Of a stretch of DNA of 64,000 nt, positions 27,072 through 36,662 are shown one piece after another. Position numbers and translations under genes: made by a program. Under the pieces are notes generated by a model. The model was not told the origin of the DNA. It did no database searches and saw only the letters and a program-made list of their open reading frames with translations. The DNA is taken from positions 544,001 through 608,000 of the forward strand of contig CAWISW010000003.1 in NCBI GenBank assembly GCA_963838925.1, read 5' to 3'. The DNA comes from an uncultured Nitrososphaerota archaeon (GTDB lineage: Archaea; Thermoproteota; Nitrososphaeria; Nitrososphaerales; Gagatemarchaeaceae). Positions within the stretch are counted from its first letter, which is position 1. Each line of letters starts with the position of its first letter.

Positions 27072-27838
27072 CCCTCGAGGAGAGGGTGTCGAGCGCCCTC
27101 ACGATCGCAGACATGGAGGCGAGGAAGATACACCACGACTCGACCGAGCTCTGGACGAGGCTGGTACAGCCTGCCCTCTGGCTCCTCATCTTCGGGGAGG
27201 TCATGAACGGCATCAGGGGCCTGTCCACGGGCAGCCTGTCCTACATCGAGTTCATCACCCCGGGCGTTCTCGCCCAGTCTGTCCTCTTCGTCGCGATCTT
27301 CTACGGGATAAACATCGTCTGGGAGAAGGACGTCGGCGTCCTCACGAAGCTCCTCTCGACGCCCTCCCCCTACTCGTCCATCGTCGTCGGCAAGGCGCTC
27401 GCGGCGGGCGTGAGGGGCGTCTTTCAGGCGATCATGATCTTCGGGCTCGCCCTGGTCATCGGGGTCAACGTGAGGCTCGACGTGCCCGACGTCGCGGGGG
27501 TCTTCGTGGCCATAGTCGCGTTCGCAATGTGCTTCTCGAGCCTCTCCATGCTCCTCGCGTCCTTCCTCAAGACGAGGGACAGGATGATGGGCATAGGCCA
27601 GCTGATCACCATGCCTCTCTTCTTCGCGAGCAACGCCATCTACCCGCTCTCAATAATGCCCGCGTGGCTCCAATACGTCGCCATGGTGAACCCCGTCAGC
27701 TACACCGTGGACGCGATGCGCGCGATGCTCCTCACGGGGGACTACTCCAACCTCGGAATCGACGTTGCTGCGATCTCGCTCTCGACCGTCGTCTTCGTGG
27801 CGCTCGCCTCGCTCGCGATAAAGCGGATGCTCGAGTGA
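27068..27838 (+). CDS. ABC-2 permease (DrrB-like)
   Basis: PLFFASNAIYP...P.WLQ..A.VNPVSY.VDA.R motif. Confidence 0.92.
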   Translation: MTLEERVSSALTIADMEARKIHHDSTELWTRLVQPALWLLIFGEVMNGIRGLSTGSLSYIEFITPGVLAQSVLFVAIFYGINIVWEKDVGVLTKLLSTPSPYSSIVVGKALAAGVRGVFQAIMIFGLALVIGVNVRLDVPDVAGVFVAIVAFAMCFSSLSMLLASFLKTRDRMMGIGQLITMPLFFASNAIYPLSIMPAWLQYVAMVNPVSYTVDAMRAMLLTGDYSNLGIDVAAISLSTVVFVALASLAIKRMLE

Positions 27839-27841
27839 GGG

Positions 27842-28246
27842 CTAGACAATGCCCATTGCCAGGTCGTACCCGATCACGAACACGCCCAGCAGCACGAGGG
27901 CCACTCCTATTGCGATGAAGAACCAGTTGAGGTTCCACCATTCAAGCGGCGTGTAGTTCCTGCCCCGGCCGTCCGGGTTGGCCTCCGTCCCCTTCTCCAG
28001 GCCCCTGGCCAGGAACGGGACGTAGACGTGCTCCTCCCCACGCCTCGCGGCGTCGAAAGCGAAGTCGGCACCCCAGAACCCGAAGGGGATGAGGAACGCT
28101 CCGAGCAGCGACGAGAAGAGGGCCACAAGGAAGAGCAGGAGGCGGTCCGTGTAGACGACCCACGCGAGGAGGTAGAGGCCGCCCACGAAGACGCACAGAG
28201 CGACGGCTAGGAGATACTCGAAGGTGATGTTGAGCTTCTGCGCCAT
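27842..28246 (-). CDS. Hypothetical membrane protein
   Basis: Three hydrophobic segments; downstream of 28254..28826. Confidence 0.7.
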   Translation of the reverse strand: MAQKLNITFEYLLAVALCVFVGGLYLLAWVVYTDRLLLFLVALFSSLLGAFLIPFGFWGADFAFDAARRGEEHVYVPFLARGLEKGTEANPDGRGRNYTPLEWWNLNWFFIAIGVALVLLGVFVIGYDLAMGIV

Positions 28247-28253
28247 CTGGCGA

Positions 28254-28826
28254 TCATCCCGCTGCCCTTTCGCCCCTGAAGAACACGTGATACCTCACGT
28301 AGTGTAGTATCACCCATGTCAGGAAGTAGGCGATGAAGGCGTCGTAGCTCGTCCACCACTGCTGATATACGAAGAGCACCTGGCCTATCAGGAGCCTCTC
28401 GCCGAGAGCCCCGAAAGCCGCGAAGACCAGGCAGTCGCTAACGGAGTGCCAGAGGTTGAACTTCCTCGGAAGGTAGAGCGCCCACGCAGCCCCCCCGAAG
28501 AACGCTATCCCCATGATCTGCAACGGCACCACCCCGACGTGGAACTCGCTCGTGGTGTACCAGAGCCTCTCGACCCAGCCGGAGTTCTCGAAGATGAAGT
28601 CGAAGATGAGGAGGAACGCCCCCACCTTCAGGGCGCTGGAGATCCTCCCGCGGTTCTCCCTCGCCTCGAGCCCGAACCACACGAGCGCGCTCGCCAGGAT
28701 GACGTACCACGATAGCTGACCCAGTTGGACGTAGACGAGAATCGCCGCGAGAATCACGAAGTAGACCGTGAGGAGCGCCAGTTTTCTGAACTCCCTGGTG
28801 CTCGTGAACCTGCCCGTAGCGGTCAT
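28254..28826 (-). CDS. Hypothetical multi-TM membrane protein
   Basis: About six TM segments with FIFE..G...LWY...GVVP. Confidence 0.75.
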   Translation of the reverse strand: MTATGRFTSTREFRKLALLTVYFVILAAILVYVQLGQLSWYVILASALVWFGLEARENRGRISSALKVGAFLLIFDFIFENSGWVERLWYTTSEFHVGVVPLQIMGIAFFGGAAWALYLPRKFNLWHSVSDCLVFAAFGALGERLLIGQVLFVYQQWWTSYDAFIAYFLTWVILHYVRYHVFFRGERAAG

Positions 28827-28870
28827 CCAAGAGGACGAGCCGAAGCGCTCCGCATAAAAGGGCGACGGGC

Positions 28871-28890
28871 GATTCTCAATTGTGACACCG
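28871..28890 (-). promoter_or_regulatory. Regulon palindrome site upstream of the membrane-protein pair
   Basis: GATTCTCA-ATTG-TGACACCG. On the minus strand, 11 nt then TTTTATG. Confidence 0.7.
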
Positions 28891-28920
28891 AACCCTCCAA
28901 TCGCCAGCGGGAGATGATTC

Positions 28921-28940
28921 AGTTCTTGCGCTTGGGAATC
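28921..28940 (+). promoter_or_regulatory. Regulon palindrome site upstream of SDR
   Basis: AGTTCTTG-CGCT-TGGGAATC, then 9 nt, then TTTAAGTA. Confidence 0.65.
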
Positions 28941-28990
28941 GTCCTCCCGTTTAAGTAGAAGAGCGACCTCTCGGACATACGAAGATAGCT

Positions 28991-29782
28991 TTGCAGTCTA
29001 CAAGTGAATCCGGAAAGGGCGGTAAGGCGTTGGAAGGCAAGATCGCTCTCATAACAGGGGCGGGGTCGGGCGTCGGCAGGGCGACGGCGAACCTGTTCGC
29101 AAAGAACGGATGCGCTGTGCTCGTGGTCGACCTCATCCCCGACAGAGTGAATCAGGTCGTCGCGGAGATCAAGGCTGCTGGAGGGAAGGCGACGGGCATG
29201 GCGATGGACCTCTCGCTCAGGGCCGAGGTCGACCGCATGGTCGACGAGGCGCTGAAGACGCTCGGGAGGGTCGACATACTCTGCAACAACGCGGGCATAA
29301 TGGACGGCGTGAGGCCGGTCGCCGAGACCACCGACGACGTCTGGGAGAAGGTGCTGAGCATCAACCTCAACGCCCCATTCTGGGCGAGCAGGAGGGTCAT
29401 CCCGTCGATGCTCAAGGTGGGAGCCGGGGTCATAATCAACACGTCTTCCGTGGCCGGACTCTTCGGGGGCGTTGCGGGCGCCGCCTACACGGTCTCCAAG
29501 CATGGGCTGATCGGGCTCACCAGGAACATCGCGGCATTCTACGGGACCAAGGGCATAAGGTGCAACGCAATGGTGCTGGGTGCGGTGAACACGAACATCG
29601 GGGTTGGAAGCGGCCAGCCCAGCGCCAGCGGGATGGAGCAACTCGGCAAGGTCGCCGCGATGATTCCAAGGATGGCCGAGCCGGCCGAGATTGCCGAGCT
29701 GGCTCTTTTCCTGGCATCCGCAAAGTCGAGCTACATGAACGGGTCGTGTGTGGTGATCGATGGCGGCTGGACCGTGTTCTAG
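28991..29782 (+). CDS. Short-chain dehydrogenase/reductase
   Basis: TGAGSGVG, NNAG and Y.VSK motifs. Confidence 0.95.
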   Translation: MQSTSESGKGGKALEGKIALITGAGSGVGRATANLFAKNGCAVLVVDLIPDRVNQVVAEIKAAGGKATGMAMDLSLRAEVDRMVDEALKTLGRVDILCNNAGIMDGVRPVAETTDDVWEKVLSINLNAPFWASRRVIPSMLKVGAGVIINTSSVAGLFGGVAGAAYTVSKHGLIGLTRNIAAFYGTKGIRCNAMVLGAVNTNIGVGSGQPSASGMEQLGKVAAMIPRMAEPAEIAELALFLASAKSSYMNGSCVVIDGGWTVF

Positions 29783-29857
29783 CGCCCATCACCGCTACGA
29801 GACCTGACTCTGAAGACGCGCTTCAGGACTGAAATCGTCGGATCGGCAGCCGCCTCA

Positions 29858-30706
29858 TCAGGCGGGTTGCATCAGGCTCTCGACGAGTCTCGAGATGTCC
29901 ACGATCCTGATCAACCTCGACTTGTATCTTGGTCGGATTGAATTGGTCACAAACACTGCCTTGATGCTGCTACCCTCCAGATCCTTCACGGCGTCGCCTG
30001 AGAAGACTCCGTGAGTCGCGATAACGCTGACTTCCTTCGCCCCCGAGGCGATCAGCCTTTGGCTCGCTTTGATCACAGTTTTCCCTGTAGAGATCATGTC
30101 GTCCACGATGAGCGCCTTCCTTCCCCTGACGTTCCCGACGAGTCTGGTGATTTCGACCTCCTCCATCTCGGGTCTGAACTTCTCCATGTGTGCGAGGGCC
30201 AGGCCGTATCTCTCGCTGACCTTCTTGGCTAGATTCATAGCACCCCTGTCCGGAGCTACCACGACCTCCATCTTCCGTATGACTGCCGAAAACAGGTCTA
30301 TCGGAATCACATCTTCATAGTCCAAGAACTTCCTTATCCTAGTGCTGTGCATGTGAATCACGAAGATTCTCTTCAAGTTGAAGCTCTGAAGTAGGTCAGA
30401 GACCACCTTGGAGGTGAGCGCCTCGCCCTTCTTGACTATCCTGTCCTGCCTCGCGTAGGCGAAGTACGGAATGATCAGGTTCACCTTGGCGCCTCCCCTG
30501 GTCAGCGAGTCGAGCAGGAAAGCCAGTTCCAAGAGGTTGTCGCCAGGCGGCTGGGTGGAAGCAAGCACCCAGACATCCTTGCCTCTCACATCATCTTCCA
30601 CTCTCGAGTATATCTCGCCGTCGCTGAACTTTGTCAGAATGAAGACCCCTTTCTTCGTTTTCATCCTGTTTGCAATGTGCTCCGAGGATCCTGTGTAGAA
30701 GAGCAT
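29858..30706 (-). CDS. prs: Ribose-phosphate pyrophosphokinase
   Basis: FSDGE, PYFAYARQD, VVAPD.G, VDDMISTGKT and THGVFS motifs. ATG at 30706. Confidence 0.93.
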   Translation of the reverse strand: MLFYTGSSEHIANRMKTKKGVFILTKFSDGEIYSRVEDDVRGKDVWVLASTQPPGDNLLELAFLLDSLTRGGAKVNLIIPYFAYARQDRIVKKGEALTSKVVSDLLQSFNLKRIFVIHMHSTRIRKFLDYEDVIPIDLFSAVIRKMEVVVAPDRGAMNLAKKVSERYGLALAHMEKFRPEMEEVEITRLVGNVRGRKALIVDDMISTGKTVIKASQRLIASGAKEVSVIATHGVFSGDAVKDLEGSSIKAVFVTNSIRPRYKSRLIRIVDISRLVESLMQPA

Positions 30707-30709
30707 CTG

Positions 30710-30729
30710 CTTTCTCACCGCCGAGAATC
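30710..30729 (+). promoter_or_regulatory. Regulon palindrome site upstream of Hsp20
   Basis: CTTTCTCA-CCGC-CGAGAATC, then 10 nt, then TTTAAG. Confidence 0.75.
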
Positions 30730-30782
30730 GTCTCCCCGCTTTAAGAGCAACCCCTTCGAATCTGAACTCAAGTAGAGTTGCC

Positions 30783-31313
30783 ATGGCAGAGAAGCAGAAG
30801 GTTCCTGTGAGGAAGGGGCGGAAAGAGCCAACAGCGATTGCGCCGTGGCGTCCCGAAGACTACCAAAGCAGCATGGACCGGATGTTTGGGGACTTCGAGT
30901 CGCGGTTTCAGCGCCTGTTGGCGCCCTTCCCCGCGGGAGGCTGGCTCGGACCGGGAAGGCGCCGGTGGCTGGAGACGCAAGACGTCAGGCTGCCCTACGC
31001 CGACCTAATCGACTCCGGCAAGGAGTACCGCGTAGTGGCCGAGGTTCCGGGCATCCCGAGAGAGAAGCTGGACATAACCGTGACCGACCGAGAGATCAAG
31101 ATCGAAGGCGAGGCGAAGACGGATCTGCGTGAAGAGAAGGAGGGGTTCGTACGCCAAGAGAGAGGCTACTCTAGGGTCTCCAGGAGGCTGGCCTTCCCCG
31201 AACCTGTGGTGGCCGACAAGGCCGAAGCAAGCCTCAACAACGGCGTGCTCGAGGTCAAGGTCCCCAAGAAGACGCCCACAACCTTCGCAAGGCGCAAGGT
31301 AGCCGTCAGATAG
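30783..31313 (+). CDS. Hsp20/alpha-crystallin family protein
   Basis: AEVPG, ER.Y..V.R...FP and A.LNNGVLEVKVPK motifs. Confidence 0.92.
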   Translation: MAEKQKVPVRKGRKEPTAIAPWRPEDYQSSMDRMFGDFESRFQRLLAPFPAGGWLGPGRRRWLETQDVRLPYADLIDSGKEYRVVAEVPGIPREKLDITVTDREIKIEGEAKTDLREEKEGFVRQERGYSRVSRRLAFPEPVVADKAEASLNNGVLEVKVPKKTPTTFARRKVAVR

Positions 31314-31318
31314 CCGAC

Positions 31319-31540
31319 ATGGTCCCGGCAGAGACCGCCAAGGAGTTCCTTAGCTTGGGAGCGGAAGTGAATCCATCAGACGTCCGAAGGGGGAGGAGAA
31401 AGCTCCTCGAAGAGCTTGCGAAGGACCTCGATCCTGCCACTAGGGAAGCCGTCACCAAGCTGTACGAGAACTGGAAGGGACAGGAATCCGAAGAAGAGCT
31501 CAAGAAGCTGCTCCAGAAGCGTCGTCGTTCCCAACCCTGA
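31319..31540 (+). CDS. Small hypothetical protein
   Basis: 73-aa ORF 5 nt after Hsp20, with host-like codons. Confidence 0.6.
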   Translation: MVPAETAKEFLSLGAEVNPSDVRRGRRKLLEELAKDLDPATREAVTKLYENWKGQESEEELKKLLQKRRRSQP

Positions 31541-31545
31541 AAATC
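31526..31545 (+). promoter_or_regulatory. Regulon palindrome site upstream of hydrolase-PRTase
   Basis: CGTTCCCA-ACCC-TGAAAATC, then 11 nt, then TTAAGA. Confidence 0.65.
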
Positions 31546-31600
31546 GTGTTGTCTCCTTAAGAGTCCGCGGGGTCAGGTTGTCTCCCGTGTTGGGTGACTA

Positions 31601-32293
31601 GTGGAGTTGACAGGAAAGGGCGCCGGCCTGAGCGGGATCGCAGTGAGCGACGTGAAGGTCGAAGCACGCTCGGTCACTCTTCCCGGAATATTGGCGATGC
31701 CGAAGAAGAATCCGAGGGCGGTCGTCCTGTTCGCGCACGGGAGCGGCAGCAGTCGGCTCAGTCCGAGGAACTCCTACGTCGCGACGGTCCTCCACAAGTC
31801 CGGCTTTGGAACCTTGCTCTTCGACCTGCTCACGAGCAGGGAAGACCTGGTCTACGACAACCGTTTCGACATCAACCTTCTCGCTGAGAGACTGACGGCA
31901 GCCACAGAGTGGCTGCGAGAGCAGAAGGGATTCGCCGACCTCGATGTCGGATACTTTGGCGCAAGCACGGGGGCCGCGGCGGCGCTGCAGGCTTCGGTCG
32001 GAAGGCGGGACGTCAAAGCGATCGTCTCCAGGGGCGGAAGGCCAGATCTCGCTTGGGACTACCTCGACCGCGTCGAGGCCCCCACGCTGCTCATCGTGGG
32101 AGGGAGCGACGATGAGGCTGTCTTAGACCTCAACGAACGGGCCCTTCAAAGGCTCAACGCGGCCGGGAAGAGGAAGGACAACAAGCTCGTCATAATCCCC
32201 GGAGCCACGCACCTCTTTGAAGAACCGGGGACGCTCGAGGAGGTCGCAAGAGCGGCTGCGGCGTGGTTCCTGAAGTTCACAGGTGGATGCTGA
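31601..32293 (+). CDS. Dienelactone-hydrolase-like alpha/beta hydrolase (PRTase-associated)
   Basis: FAHGSGSSRLSPRN, GYFGASTGAAAAL, VSRGGRPDLA and PGATHLFEEPG motifs. Confidence 0.9.
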   Translation: MELTGKGAGLSGIAVSDVKVEARSVTLPGILAMPKKNPRAVVLFAHGSGSSRLSPRNSYVATVLHKSGFGTLLFDLLTSREDLVYDNRFDINLLAERLTAATEWLREQKGFADLDVGYFGASTGAAAALQASVGRRDVKAIVSRGGRPDLAWDYLDRVEAPTLLIVGGSDDEAVLDLNERALQRLNAAGKRKDNKLVIIPGATHLFEEPGTLEEVARAAAAWFLKFTGGC

Positions 32294-32947
32294 GTGTTCA
32301 AAGACAGGGCTGAGGCTGGAAGGATGCTAGCTGGCGCTCTTGCCTTCCTCAAGGGCGATAGAGACGTGGTAGTGCTCGCGATCCCGCGCGGCGGGGTGCC
32401 CGTGGCCAAGGAGGTCGCGGACGCTCTAGGCGCCCCGATGGACTTGGTCGTGACGCGGAAGATAGGCGCCCCTGAGGAGCCGGAGCTTGCCGTGGGGGCC
32501 GTCACGCAGGACGGCGAGATGATCGTTGACGCTGGAACGATTAGGCTGCTCCGAGTACCGGCCGATTATCTGAAGCGAGAGTCAGCGAGGCAGATCAAGG
32601 AGATAGGCAACAGGATGAAGAAGTACCGAGGAGACCGACCCTACCCTGCTTTGAGCGGGAAGACCGTGGTCATAGTGGACGACGGGATAGCGACCGGCCT
32701 CACAATCAGAGCGGCTATCCAGTCCGTGAGGGCAAGGAACCCCGCGAAGATCATCGTGGCAGCCCCGGTGGGACCTCCCGACTGCGTGGAGGAGCTCTCG
32801 AAGCTCGTGGACAGAGTCGTCTGCCTGAGCACGCCTCAGGACCTCGAGGCCATAGGACAATTCTATGAGCAGTTCGAGCAGGTCCAGGACGAGGTCGTAG
32901 AAGCGCTCATGGCTGGCACAGCCCACGCCGGACGGGAAGCGGCCTAG
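32294..32947 (+). CDS. Phosphoribosyltransferase (type I)
   Basis: F.DR.EAG..LA, IPRGGVPVA, RKIGAP..PE.A.GA and VDDGIATG motifs. Confidence 0.92.
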   Translation: MFKDRAEAGRMLAGALAFLKGDRDVVVLAIPRGGVPVAKEVADALGAPMDLVVTRKIGAPEEPELAVGAVTQDGEMIVDAGTIRLLRVPADYLKRESARQIKEIGNRMKKYRGDRPYPALSGKTVVIVDDGIATGLTIRAAIQSVRARNPAKIIVAAPVGPPDCVEELSKLVDRVVCLSTPQDLEAIGQFYEQFEQVQDEVVEALMAGTAHAGREAA

Positions 32948-32976
32948 GCTCCCTCGCACTCCCGGGGGCCCGCGCC

Positions 32977-34245
32977 CTACTGCTTTCCCTGCTCCCAGCG
33001 CAGCGTCGGCGAGACCGAGTTCACCTTCTTCACCAGGGCCCTTGTCCTGTCCCTGAGGTCATCAAGAGGGGCGAACTTCCGGACGATCTCACCGTCCCTG
33101 ATGAGCGGGCTAAGGAGCGGGACGTACCCTCCTTCGGGAGCTTTGTCGCTGGTCGTCACTACGTCGCTCATGGTCTCTGGGTCTCGATACACGTTCTTCT
33201 TGCCCGCCAGGTCTCCCCTCTTCGCGCGCGGAACCCATTTCCCGCTGCCATCCTGAATCTGGACTATCTTGCAGCAGAAGTCGATTACCGGGGCAGCAGA
33301 GACGCTCGTCCCTATCCCGAACCCGTCCACCCAGTCCCTGAGCTCGACCACGTCCTTCTCGTCGATGCCGCCGGACACGATTATCTTGACGTTCTCACCT
33401 CCGCGTAGCTTGAGCTCCCACCTGACCTCCTGGACGAGCTTCCTCATGTCTCCCCTCCTCGAGCCTGGAGTGTCAAGCCTGACGCCGTAGAGCCTGCTCC
33501 CGAGCGTTTGTAGGGCGAGTATCGAGGCGAACTTCTCGTCGCTGATGGTGTCGACCAGCACTATCCTCGGGATGTCCTCGGGGAGGGCGCGGTCGAAGAT
33601 CCTCCACGCCTCGGCTTCGTCTCCGACGCACAGGATGAAGGCGTGGGGCATGGTTCCGCTCGCCTTCCTCTTCATCAGCCTCGCCCCGAGCACGTTCGAG
33701 ACGCTGTCGAGCCCGCCCAGTATCGAGCTTCTTTCCACGATGGGGGCCAGCGCAGGGTGCACCCTCCTCGTCCCGAAGCCGATTATCATCTTCCCCTCGG
33801 CTAGGTAGACGAGCCGGGCGGCCTTCGTGCAGATTCCGCTCGCCTGGCAAAGGAATCCGAGCACCGGGTTCTCGTACACCCCGAAGTCCCCGTAGCGGCC
33901 GGTGATCCTAAGGACCGGTTCGTTGACAGCAAGCTCGGGGTCGGTCAGGAACACCTCGCCCTCCTCCATCGCGTCGACGTCGACGGGGAGTCCTTGCAGG
34001 AGCTTCGCAACCTCGTAGATGCCAGAGACGACCGCCCACTTGGAGCCGTAGGGGTTCTTCCGGGTGAAGACCTCCATCGTAACCATGGGGTTGATCCCCG
34101 CGGACTTCAACGCGTCCCTCGCGTACTCGAAGTAGACGTCGGTCGTCACCCCGCCCTTGATCTCCTCTTCGTTAGGCATCCAGAAGAGACGGTCTTCCAG
34201 GTCGCTCTTCCTTGTCGTCGACCGCTGAGGAGTCGAAGAACTCAC
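32977..34245 (-). CDS. pncB: Nicotinate phosphoribosyltransferase
   Basis: TTDVYF, FGTRRVHP, GTMPHA, LVDT, GVRLDT, SGG and GIGT motifs. Confidence 0.93.
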   Translation of the reverse strand: MSSSTPQRSTTRKSDLEDRLFWMPNEEEIKGGVTTDVYFEYARDALKSAGINPMVTMEVFTRKNPYGSKWAVVSGIYEVAKLLQGLPVDVDAMEEGEVFLTDPELAVNEPVLRITGRYGDFGVYENPVLGFLCQASGICTKAARLVYLAEGKMIIGFGTRRVHPALAPIVERSSILGGLDSVSNVLGARLMKRKASGTMPHAFILCVGDEAEAWRIFDRALPEDIPRIVLVDTISDEKFASILALQTLGSRLYGVRLDTPGSRRGDMRKLVQEVRWELKLRGGENVKIIVSGGIDEKDVVELRDWVDGFGIGTSVSAAPVIDFCCKIVQIQDGSGKWVPRAKRGDLAGKKNVYRDPETMSDVVTTSDKAPEGGYVPLLSPLIRDGEIVRKFAPLDDLRDRTRALVKKVNSVSPTLRWEQGKQ

Positions 34246-34263
34246 CCTTCCCGAGCCCGCAGC

Positions 34264-34707
34264 CTACTTCACGACCAGGACGTCGCACTTGGCGTGGTTG
34301 ATGACAGCCGTCGAGACGCTTCCCATCAGGAACCTCTCGACTCCTCGCATCCCTCGCCTGCCCACCACTATCAGGTTCACCTTGTACTCGGTGGCTATGG
34401 TGAGGATCATGTCCGCCGGTTGGCCCTCTTCGGCCGACGCGTAGGTGTCTTTGAGTCCAGAGCTCTTGGCGATGTCGAGGGCGGTGCTGGTAAGGTCCTC
34501 GGCATTCTCCTTCGTCTGCTCGTTGAACCGCTTGTATATCGCTCCGCTTGCGTACGCTGCGTAGCTCACGGTATCTGCAACCACAACGACTCTCAGCTCT
34601 CCCTTTGACTGCCTTGCGAGCTCGATCGCCCTGCGGAGCGCCCTCTCGGCGTTTTCTGAGCCATCAAATCCGACCAGAATCCTATCGTAGACTACCTTTT
34701 GGCTCAA
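34264..34707 (-). CDS. Universal stress protein
   Basis: ILVGFDGS, IVVGRRG and MGSVSTAV motifs. Confidence 0.93.
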   Translation of the reverse strand: MSQKVVYDRILVGFDGSENAERALRRAIELARQSKGELRVVVVADTVSYAAYASGAIYKRFNEQTKENAEDLTSTALDIAKSSGLKDTYASAEEGQPADMILTIATEYKVNLIVVGRRGMRGVERFLMGSVSTAVINHAKCDVLVVK

Positions 34708-34790
34708 GCGACGCCTTCCCCCTTCGAGATGATATTCAAGTCAGTCATTGGCCGTGTCTGAGGGCAGCCGCATATTTAACATCCGTAAAC

Positions 34791-34810
34791 GATTCTCAAG
34801 ATTGATTTCG
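34791..34810 (-). promoter_or_regulatory. Regulon palindrome site upstream of USP-pncB
   Basis: GATTCTCA-AGAT-TGATTTCG. On the minus strand, 11 nt then TTAAATA. Confidence 0.75.
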
Positions 34811-34851
34811 TGGCGTTGGGAATCGCTTAGCCGTCTGCCTCCTTCTCGCCT

Positions 34852-35988
34852 CTACTCTATGACGTGGATGTTCTTCCTTTCGCACATGTCCTTCAGGATC
34901 TTGGGCCAGACGCTGACGGTGACCTCGCCCAGGTGGGCCTTCTTGAGGAGCAGCATGTATGTCCGGGCCTGCCCGATCCCCCCGCCTACGCTGAGAGGCA
35001 GCTCGTTCTTGATTATCCCCTGGTGGTAGGGGAACTTCAGGAAGTCAAGCTGGCCGCTCATCTCTAGCTGCTTCCTCAGGGTCTGAGCATCGACGCGGAT
35101 GCCCATCGAGGTCAGCTCGTGGCGGCGCTTCGTGACCGGGTTCCAGACGAGGATGTCTCCGTTGAGCCCGTGCATGGGCCTGCCGTCCTCCGAGACTGTA
35201 GGAGTAGCCCAGTCGTCGTAGTCGGCCGCCCGCATCTCGTGCGGGAAGCCGTCCTTGAGAGTCCATCCGATCCCGATGATGAAGACCGCCGGATGCTCCT
35301 GGAGGATCGCGGTCTCCCTCTGCTTCCGAGGCAGGTCGGGGTACTCCTCGAGTATGTCCTCGGCGTGGATGAACTCGATCTCGTCCGGTAGGCTCTGGTA
35401 CCTGTCGGTCGCGAGCTGGGGGAACTCCTGCTGTATGTGGTTCTCGGCTCCTTTCAGGACCTTCCATATCTTCCTGACCACTTCCTTGAGGTATCCGACG
35501 TCCCGCTGGTCGGCAGTGATCGCCCTCTCCCAGTCCCACTGGTCCACGTAAGCGCTGTGGTCGTGGTCGAGGAAGTAGTCCTTGCGAACGGCCCTCATGT
35601 CGGTGCAGAGGCCTTCGCCCGGCTTCATCCCGAATTGCTTCAGCGCGATGCGCTTCCACTTCGTGGCGGCCTGAACCACCTGGGCGTCGACAGGATGCTT
35701 GTCGCGGTCGTTCGAGATGTGGAACTGCACCGGCGTCCGCGAAAGGTCGCGGTCGAGTAGGTCGTTCACTCCGCTCTCGGCGTCCACTATGAGCGGGACT
35801 TGGACCATCATGAGGTTCAGCTCCCTGCAGAGGTTTCGCTCGATGTAGTTTTTCACGTCGAAGACCGCGCTCTGCGTGTCCTTCGGATTCAGCAGGGAGG
35901 AGTAGTCGGCCGGGAGCACCTTCTCCAGCTCCTCGTACGAGCCTATTCCAGGGCCTGCCAGGTCGGCTCTCTTGGCTTTCTCAGACAA
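34852..35988 (-). CDS. asnA: Aspartate--ammonia ligase (AsnA type)
   Basis: VVQAATKWKR, HSAYVDQWDWE, RAADYDDW, LNGDI, EL.SMGIRV and SVGGGIGQ.R motifs. Probable TTG start at 35988. Confidence 0.92.
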   Translation of the reverse strand: MSEKAKRADLAGPGIGSYEELEKVLPADYSSLLNPKDTQSAVFDVKNYIERNLCRELNLMMVQVPLIVDAESGVNDLLDRDLSRTPVQFHISNDRDKHPVDAQVVQAATKWKRIALKQFGMKPGEGLCTDMRAVRKDYFLDHDHSAYVDQWDWERAITADQRDVGYLKEVVRKIWKVLKGAENHIQQEFPQLATDRYQSLPDEIEFIHAEDILEEYPDLPRKQRETAILQEHPAVFIIGIGWTLKDGFPHEMRAADYDDWATPTVSEDGRPMHGLNGDILVWNPVTKRRHELTSMGIRVDAQTLRKQLEMSGQLDFLKFPYHQGIIKNELPLSVGGGIGQARTYMLLLKKAHLGEVTVSVWPKILKDMCERKNIHVIE

Positions 35989-36060
35989 TTCGCTCGTAGC
36001 GGCGGATGCACGGCGCGGTATATTGATTTGGGATGCCGGCACCGACTCAAGGCGCCTCAG

Positions 36061-36080
36061 GATTGCCAAGCTTGAGAATC
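36061..36080 (+). promoter_or_regulatory. Regulon palindrome site upstream of CBS protein
   Basis: GATTGCCA-AGCT-TGAGAATC, then 10 nt, then TTTTTAAG. Confidence 0.8.
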
Positions 36081-36130
36081 GTGCCTCTGCTTTTTAAGAC
36101 CGCAACTCGCTCCGCGCGACGAAGATACAA

Positions 36131-36637
36131 TTGTCGCTAATCGATGCGCCAGTGAGAAGCGCCATGACCAAGAACGTCAAGACGGTCGAGGCAACGAAGA
36201 CGCTCGCAGACTGCGTGAAGTCGATGCGGGATGCAGACATCGGGTGCATGGTCGTGGTCGGGAAGGACCAAACACCCGTCGGAATATTCACCGAGAGGGA
36301 TCTGGTGAACAAGATTGCGGAAAAAGGTCACGCAGTCCTTAGCCAACAGATGGCGCAGGTCATGAACAAGCCCCTGACGATCATCTCCCCGGTTGCGACG
36401 ATCTGGGATGCGGTGACGCTCATGGGGCGTGCCAACATCAGGCGGCTTCCGGTGGTGGAGAACGGCCACTTGGTCGGAATACTGACTGAGAGGGACGTGT
36501 TCCGACTCATACTGGCTCAACAGAACCTGCTGTTGGAGACCGTGTCCGAGTCCCTTCCTGCTGCCACCAGAGAGCAGGTGAGGGGAATAGCCGGTCGCTT
36601 CGGCCTTGAGAGACCCCCCGGCCGAGCGAGCGCTTGA
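36131..36637 (+). CDS. CBS domain protein
   Basis: VGIFTERD and IRRLPVV...VGILTERD motifs. Confidence 0.92.
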   Translation: MSLIDAPVRSAMTKNVKTVEATKTLADCVKSMRDADIGCMVVVGKDQTPVGIFTERDLVNKIAEKGHAVLSQQMAQVMNKPLTIISPVATIWDAVTLMGRANIRRLPVVENGHLVGILTERDVFRLILAQQNLLLETVSESLPAATREQVRGIAGRFGLERPPGRASA

Positions 36638-36662
36638 TCGAAGCTCTTTGAGAGTAGCAACA

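Noticed and set aside
34817-34824. Extra half-sites TGGGAATC (34817) and CTGGAATC (38821)
   Set aside because: Neither has a convincing partner half or a correctly spaced TATA box. They may be auxiliary sites and were not counted.
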